This document shows positions 58,739-64,000 of a stretch of 64,000 nucleotides of DNA, in pieces. A program made the position numbers and the translations under genes. Each line of letters opens with the position of its first letter. The first letter of the stretch is position 1. A model generated the notes under the pieces. That model saw only the letters and a program-made list of their open reading frames with translations. It ran no database searches and was not told the origin of the DNA. Source of the stretch: an uncultured Chloroflexia bacterium (lineage in GTDB: Bacteria > Chloroflexota > Limnocylindria > Limnocylindrales > CSP1-4). The stretch is taken from NCBI GenBank assembly GCA_963828165.1, contig CAWHDR010000001.1:1811543-1875542 (forward strand), given 5' to 3'.

Positions 58739-60550
58739 GTGACCATCCCCCAGGACCGCCTTCGAAACTTCTCGATCATCGCCCACATCGATCACGGCAA
58801 GTCCACCCTCGCCGATCGGCTGCTGGAGCTGACGCATACGATCGACGCGCGCCAGATGACGAGCCAGGTCCTCGATTCGATGGACCTCGAGCGCGAGAAG
58901 GGCATCACGATCAAGGCCCGCGCCGTTCGCCTGGACTACACGGCCAAGGACGGCAAGACGTACGGGCTCAACCTCATCGACACGCCCGGTCACGTCGACT
59001 TCGCCTACGAGGTCAGCCACAGCCTGCAGGCCTGCGAAGGCGCGATCCTTGTCGTCGACGCCACCCAGGGGATCGAGGCGCAGACGCTCGCCAATGTCCA
59101 CCTCGCGCTCAAAGAGAACCTGACCCTGATCCCGGTCCTCAACAAGATCGACCTGCCCTCGGCCGACCCCGAGACGATCATGGACGAGCTCGAGAACGTC
59201 CTCGCGATCCCGCGCGAAGAGGTCATCCTGGCGAGCGCCAAGGACGGCACCGGCGTCATCGACATCCTCGAGGCCATCGTCGAGCGGATCCCCCCTCCGA
59301 AGGGCGACCCGCACGCCCCCGTGCAGGGTCTGATCTTCGACAGCCACTACGACGCGTACAAGGGCGTGATCGTCTACGTCCGGCTGGCCGCCGGCACCCT
59401 CCGCTCGACCGAGCCCGTCAAGCTCATGGCGAGCGGCGCCCTGGCGGAGCCGCTGGAGCTCGGCGTCTTCCGACCCCAGCTCGTACCGGTCAAGCAGCTC
59501 GTCGCCGGCGAAGTCGGCTACGTCGCGACCGGGCTCAAGAACGTCCGCGACGCGCAGGTCGGCGACACGCTCACGACCCAGGCCCGACCGGCGAGCGAAC
59601 CGCTTCCCGGCTACCAGGAAGCGAAGAGCCTCGTGTTCGCCGGCATCTACCCACTCAGCGGCGAGGACTATCCGCTCCTGCGCGAGGCGCTCGACAAGCT
59701 CCACCTCAACGACGCGAGCTTCACCTTCGAGCCGGAGAGCTCCGTGGCGCTCGGCTTCGGATTTCGCTGTGGCTTTCTCGGCATGCTGCACATGGAGATC
59801 GTCCAGGAGCGACTCGAGCGGGAGCACTCGCTCGACCTCATCGCGTCGGCGCCGTCGGTCGAGTACCACGTCCAGCTGCAGCACGGCCGCGGCACGGTCG
59901 TCGTGGATAACCCGTCGCTGCTGCCGAACCCGTCCGACATCGAGTCGATCGAGGAGCCCTGGGTCAAGCTCAGCGTCGTGACGCCGAGCCAGTACATCGG
60001 CGCGCTGATGGAGCTGTCGACCAACCGGCGCGGGACGTTCGTGAACATGGAGTACCTCGACCCGACCCGGGTCGTCCTCCACTTCGAGATGCCGCTCGCG
60101 GAGCTCATCGTCGACTACTTCGACCAGCTGAAGAGCCGAAGCCAGGGCTACGCGTCGATGGACTACGAGGAGCTGGGCTATCGACCGGCGAACCTGGCCA
60201 AGGTCGACATCCTCGTCAACGGCGAGCCGGTCGACGCGCTGTCGATCATCGTCCCGCGTGATCGAGCGCAATCGACCGGGCGAGCCCTTACCGAGCGACT
60301 CAAGCAGCTCATCCCGCGGCAGATGTTCGAGATCCCCATCCAGGCGGCGATCGGCAGCAATGTCATCGCCCGCGAATCCGTCCGGGCCATGCGCAAGAAC
60401 GTGCTGGCCAAGTGTTACGGTGGCGACATCTCCCGCAAGCGCAAGCTGCTCGAGAAACAGAAAGAGGGCAAGCAGCGGATGAAGCGGGTCGGGTCGGTCG
60501 AGATCCCGCAGGAGGCGTTCCTCGCGATGCTCCGTCTGGACGAAGGCTAA
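58739..60550 (+). CDS. lepA: translation elongation factor 4 (LepA)
   Basis: [36 protein letters not shown], and the characteristic C-terminal ..[34 protein letters not shown] start. Confidence 0.95.
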   Translation: MTIPQDRLRNFSIIAHIDHGKSTLADRLLELTHTIDARQMTSQVLDSMDLEREKGITIKARAVRLDYTAKDGKTYGLNLIDTPGHVDFAYEVSHSLQACEGAILVVDATQGIEAQTLANVHLALKENLTLIPVLNKIDLPSADPETIMDELENVLAIPREEVILASAKDGTGVIDILEAIVERIPPPKGDPHAPVQGLIFDSHYDAYKGVIVYVRLAAGTLRSTEPVKLMASGALAEPLELGVFRPQLVPVKQLVAGEVGYVATGLKNVRDAQVGDTLTTQARPASEPLPGYQEAKSLVFAGIYPLSGEDYPLLREALDKLHLNDASFTFEPESSVALGFGFRCGFLGMLHMEIVQERLEREHSLDLIASAPSVEYHVQLQHGRGTVVVDNPSLLPNPSDIESIEEPWVKLSVVTPSQYIGALMELSTNRRGTFVNMEYLDPTRVVLHFEMPLAELIVDYFDQLKSRSQGYASMDYEELGYRPANLAKVDILVNGEPVDALSIIVPRDRAQSTGRALTERLKQLIPRQMFEIPIQAAIGSNVIARESVRAMRKNVLAKCYGGDISRKRKLLEKQKEGKQRMKRVGSVEIPQEAFLAMLRLDEG

Positions 60551-60555
60551 GGCGC

Positions 60556-61326
60556 GTGGAGGATCTGTTCGACGTCTCGCGCGGCCTGATCGTGGTCGGG
60601 CTGACGCTGCTGCTGGCGATGCTCCGCCTCGACGCGGAGCGGTTCGGGACGGCTGAGTACTACGAGACGACACGTGACGGCGAGCGGCCACGGGTCAGGC
60701 GGCGGCTGGCGTGGTACGGGCTCGGGCTCGGGATCGTCATCGCGATGCTGTACATCAGCCCCGCGCCGCAGGCGGACCTGTTCCTCGGGACGGGCGACCG
60801 GCTGGGCGCCGTCCTCGGCGGACTCGTCTTTGCCGCGATCGGGGTGGCCCAGGCGGTGGCCTTCGCGACGATCCGCTATCACCGGATCCGGTTCCCGGAC
60901 ACGGCGTCCTACCCGGGTGCGCTGCTGAACTCGACGGCCACGGCGTTCCTCGACGAGGTCACGTTCCGTGGCGCGATCTTCGGGACCCTGATCGCGCTCG
61001 GCCTGGAAGCGAATGCCTCGAACCTCATCCAGACGCTGCTCTATGCCCTCGCCACGCGGCTCGGAGCGCCGGGACGGGACCGGTACCTGCTCGCCACGAC
61101 GATCGGGATCGGGCTCATCGGCGGCTGGCTGACCGCCGTCACCGGGGGCATCGCCGCAGCGTTCCTGGGCCACGCTGCCACGCGGTTCGCGATCTTCCTG
61201 TGCACGGGCCACACGGGCCAGACGCTGCCGCGCGGGCGGGAGGTCGAGGAGATCGAGAAGCGCCGCCGTCCTCCCGACGGCTGGCGGGTGATCGGGAATC
61301 GGGAGTCGGCCTCGCGAGACCGGTGA
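60556..61326 (+). CDS. CPBP-family intramembrane metalloprotease-like protein
   Basis: Multi-TM protein with ..TAFLDEVTFRGAIFG.. (EExxxR-like motif) and ..FLGHAATRF.. (H motif). GTG at 60556; the ORF opens at 60412. Confidence 0.65.
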   Translation: MEDLFDVSRGLIVVGLTLLLAMLRLDAERFGTAEYYETTRDGERPRVRRRLAWYGLGLGIVIAMLYISPAPQADLFLGTGDRLGAVLGGLVFAAIGVAQAVAFATIRYHRIRFPDTASYPGALLNSTATAFLDEVTFRGAIFGTLIALGLEANASNLIQTLLYALATRLGAPGRDRYLLATTIGIGLIGGWLTAVTGGIAAAFLGHAATRFAIFLCTGHTGQTLPRGREVEEIEKRRRPPDGWRVIGNRESASRDR

Positions 61327-61445
61327 ATGCGGTGTCGGCCGGACCGCGTCCCTGCCGGTGACGTCAACGCCATGAATACGCAAGGGTCGGGTCAACTTGC
61401 GCAGGAATCGCCACTCACCCATGGCTGCTTGACGAGATCCCGTCT

Positions 61446-62681
61446 GTGTCCGTGACCGAACGGCGTCCGCCCATGGAACCGCAACCTCCGGTGACGCTGT
61501 ACGTCCACGTGCCGTTCTGCGTCTCCCTCTGCCCCTACTGCGATTTCGTCGTCTACGCCGGTGCGGCGGCGCGTGGCCCGCGGGCTCGGATGTCGACGTT
61601 CCTGGACGCGGTCCTGACGGAGATCGAGCTGCGGGCGGACGCGCTCGATGCGCGGTTCGGATCGTCGCGGCCTGCGCTCCACAGTGTGTACTTCGGCGGA
61701 GGCACGCCCTCGCTCGTGCCGGCTGACGACATCGAGCGGCTGCTCTCGCGCGTGCGCGAGCGCTTCGACATCGCACCCGGCGCCGAGGTCACCCTCGAGT
61801 CGAACCCCGGGCCGGACGAGCGCGGCGACCCCGCAGCTTGGCGCCGCGCCGGCATCACCCGCATCTCGTTCGGTGCCCAATCGCTCGACGACACCGAGCT
61901 GCGGCGGCTCGGACGGCGCCACCACGCAGCGGATGTGGTTGAAGCGGTGGAGAGCGCTCGCGAGGCCGGCATCGCCTCGATCAACCTGGATCTCCTCTAT
62001 GACACACCGGAGGGCACATTGGCGACCTGGATGGCCACGCTCGCCACTGCCCTGGAGCTCGCACCGGAGCACCTGTCGCTCTACGCGCTGACCCTTGACG
62101 ACCCGGACGCAGAGGGGCTCACCGGTCCGGGCGGCGACCACCTGCCGACCACGCGCGGCGCCCGCCGCTGGCGCGAACGAGCGCGGCCGACGCAGGACGA
62201 GGACCGCGCCGCGGCCGAGTACCAGCACGCCACCTCGGTCCTCGCGGATGCCGGGTTCCGCGGCTACGAGATCTCGAACTGGGCGCGGCCCGGCCACGAG
62301 AGTCGTCACAACCTCGCCTACTGGCAGCGCCGTCCGTATGAGGGGGTCGGGCCGGGGGCCCATGCCTTCGATGGTGCCGTCCGACGCTGGAATGCGGCCC
62401 GGCTGGAGGGGTACGTGGCCGCCCTGACCGGCCCGCGTCCGGTCCTGCCGCCCGGTGGCGCCGACGTCGTGGACGACGCCGCCGCGACCGCCGAAACGCT
62501 GATCCTTGGCCTGCGCCTGGACACGGGCGTCCCCCTGGCCATGGCCGACAAGGCGCCCCTGGCCGACGCGTTCCGATGGGCGCGCGCCGCCGAGCTCCTG
62601 GACGTGACCGTCGACGACCGGGTCGTGTTGACGACGCGAGGCCGGCTCCTGTCGAACGAGCTGCTTGCCCGGCTGGTCTAG
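61446..62681 (+). CDS. hemW: radical SAM heme chaperone HemW (HemN-like)
   Basis: LYVHVPFCVSLCPYCDFV (CxxxCxxC), GGGTPS, and ..ISNWARPGHESRHNLAYW... Conserved lepA-hemW neighbourhood. Confidence 0.88.
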   Translation: MSVTERRPPMEPQPPVTLYVHVPFCVSLCPYCDFVVYAGAAARGPRARMSTFLDAVLTEIELRADALDARFGSSRPALHSVYFGGGTPSLVPADDIERLLSRVRERFDIAPGAEVTLESNPGPDERGDPAAWRRAGITRISFGAQSLDDTELRRLGRRHHAADVVEAVESAREAGIASINLDLLYDTPEGTLATWMATLATALELAPEHLSLYALTLDDPDAEGLTGPGGDHLPTTRGARRWRERARPTQDEDRAAAEYQHATSVLADAGFRGYEISNWARPGHESRHNLAYWQRRPYEGVGPGAHAFDGAVRRWNAARLEGYVAALTGPRPVLPPGGADVVDDAAATAETLILGLRLDTGVPLAMADKAPLADAFRWARAAELLDVTVDDRVVLTTRGRLLSNELLARLV

Positions 62682-62687
62682 ACAGTG

Positions 62688-62705
62688 CGGTGCCATCGCG
62701 CACCG
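62688..62705 (+). terminator. weak hairpin CGGTGC-CATCGC-GCACCG followed by a T-rich stretch
   Basis: 6-bp stem 7 nt after the hemW stop, then GTTTCTCGATCGTTTGTC. Confidence 0.3.
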
Positions 62706-62907
62706 GTTTCTCGATCGTTTGTCGGCCCGTTCCCCGCGTGGCTGGCGCCCAACGACTTGGCGCGCGGGCGCGGCGGTGGCCATACTGTCGGGACCGTTGC
62801 TTCAGGTCACCAGGGACGTTCCGTGACCGCAGCGGTCGTCCGGGTACGTCGCGCGAGCAGGGTCGAACTGCGGCGCGTGCGGCGGCCCAGGGGAGGGAGG
62901 AAACCTC

Positions 62908-64000
62908 GTGCCATCCCGTCCTGTGTACCGCCCCGATCGTCGTTCCCGACGAACCAGGCGGCGCGCGCCACTCCTGGCGGCGCTCCTCCTAACGACGCCG
63001 CTCCTCGCCATCCCGACGACGGCGGCCGCAGACCCCGGGGCCCCCTGGGATGGGACGCCGATCTCGGCCGGCCTCGGCCCGACCTACGGCGAGGACTGGT
63101 GCCAGCCACCGGACCCCGGCACCGCCATCGCCGGTCTCCAGGGCGCCCCGCTGGCGATCATCCCGTACGAGGCCATCCATTGCACCGTCGACCAGATCCT
63201 CGCCGAGGGCGTCTCGGCTGGCATCCCGCCGCGCGCGACGTATGAGGTCAACACCCTCACGGACACCGGCCGTGAGCAGCTGGCCGTCGTCGTCAACGCC
63301 CTCGAGACGCCGGAGCAGCAACGAGACTACGAGCGCTGGACCCAGGTCCGGGAGTTGATGACCTCTGATCCTGCCGAGGCACAGGCGCTGCTCGCGACCT
63401 TCGGCGCGGACGTCAAGATGCCGATCTTCATCGAGGCCAACATCCACGGCGGCGAGCGCGAAGGCACCGACGCCATGCTCCAGGTGCTCCGTGACCTGGT
63501 CACGACGCCGTACGGTGACCACCCCGTCGTCGATGACGTCCTCGACCACTCGGTCCTCATCATCATCCCGAGCCAGAACCCGGACGGCCGGTATCTGGGC
63601 ACGCGGGCGAACTCCAATGGGTTCGACATGAACCGCGACCTGCTCGTGCAGTCGCAGCCGGAGATCCGGGCGAACATCCGCCTCCAGCTCGAGTGGCTGG
63701 CGCCCGTCATGTTCGCCATGCACGGATACGTCAACCCCACCCTCATCGATGGGCTGACGAAGCCTCACAACCCGGGTCTCGAGTACGACATCTTCGCCAA
63801 CTGGAACCAGCGCCGGCTCGATGAGAACGAGCTGGACTTCGCCGTGATCGAGCAGAGTCTCACCCGGCCGGTCAACGACTACGGTCCCAACGGCGGCCAG
63901 CAGGCGAACATCGCGACCACCAACGGCGCCACCCAGAGTGGCACGACCGTCACGATCCAGACGACCGGCAGCCACGGCCTGAGCGTCGGCCAGGACGTCG
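62908..64000 (+). CDS. M14-family zinc carboxypeptidase (5' part; runs off the window end)
   Basis: Not in the ORF track because it has no stop in the window. Hand translation from the GTG at 62908 (GGAGG 7 nt upstream): signal peptide ..RRAPLLAALLLTTPLLAIPTTAAA, then ..IFIEANIHGGEREGTDAML..IIPSQNPDGR..RANSNGFDMNRD.., i.e. HxxE, NPDG and NRD motifs. Confidence 0.75.
   Translation, partial: MPSRPVYRPDRRSRRTRRRAPLLAALLLTTPLLAIPTTAAADPGAPWDGTPISAGLGPTYGEDWCQPPDPGTAIAGLQGAPLAIIPYEAIHCTVDQILAEGVSAGIPPRATYEVNTLTDTGREQLAVVVNALETPEQQRDYERWTQVRELMTSDPAEAQALLATFGADVKMPIFIEANIHGGEREGTDAMLQVLRDLVTTPYGDHPVVDDVLDHSVLIIIPSQNPDGRYLGTRANSNGFDMNRDLLVQSQPEIRANIRLQLEWLAPVMFAMHGYVNPTLIDGLTKPHNPGLEYDIFANWNQRRLDENELDFAVIEQSLTRPVNDYGPNGGQQANIATTNGATQSGTTVTIQTTGSHGLSVGQDV

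Overview
Very GC-rich (roughly 70% by eye, not computed) chromosomal core segment with actinobacterial-type gene order. Recognisable housekeeping genes: rho, obg-nadD-rsfS, holA, comEC-comEA, leuS, two tRNA-Ala genes, gap-pgk-eno, rpsT and lepA-hemW. Between them lie a four-enzyme catabolic operon (SDR, FAD oxidoreductase, phosphotriesterase-like hydrolase, Gfo/Idh/MocA) with a divergent MocR regulator, an ECF sigma/anti-sigma pair, a two-component system, an ABC-2 exporter, three EamA transporters, cell-envelope peptidases and several small hypothetical genes. I found no transposase, integrase, CRISPR array or recognisable defence system. The most system-like element is an SOS mutasome: imuA'-imuB plus a coupled small ORF, and dnaE2 about 1.5 kb downstream. 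Each unit is preceded by the same perfect TAGAAC-N4-GTTCTA LexA-type palindrome. Oddities worth a second look: (1) homology jumps between reading frames in at least seven genes, including essential eno, which points to assembly indels rather than decay; (2) long Ala/Lys/Pro/Thr-rich C-terminal tails fused to phosphoglycerate kinase (190 aa) and ribosomal protein S20 (126 aa), with tpiA missing from gap-pgk; (3) a 1164-aa exported protein made of a lamin-tail domain plus about seven OB-fold-like modules and no catalytic domain; (4) a duplicated GTAACC-N18-GGTTAC operator between a CGNR zinc-finger gene and a two-gene micro-operon; (5) small hydrophobic peptide ORFs beside the dnaE2 LexA box. 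All calls come from reading the translations and the DNA by eye. No database search was run.
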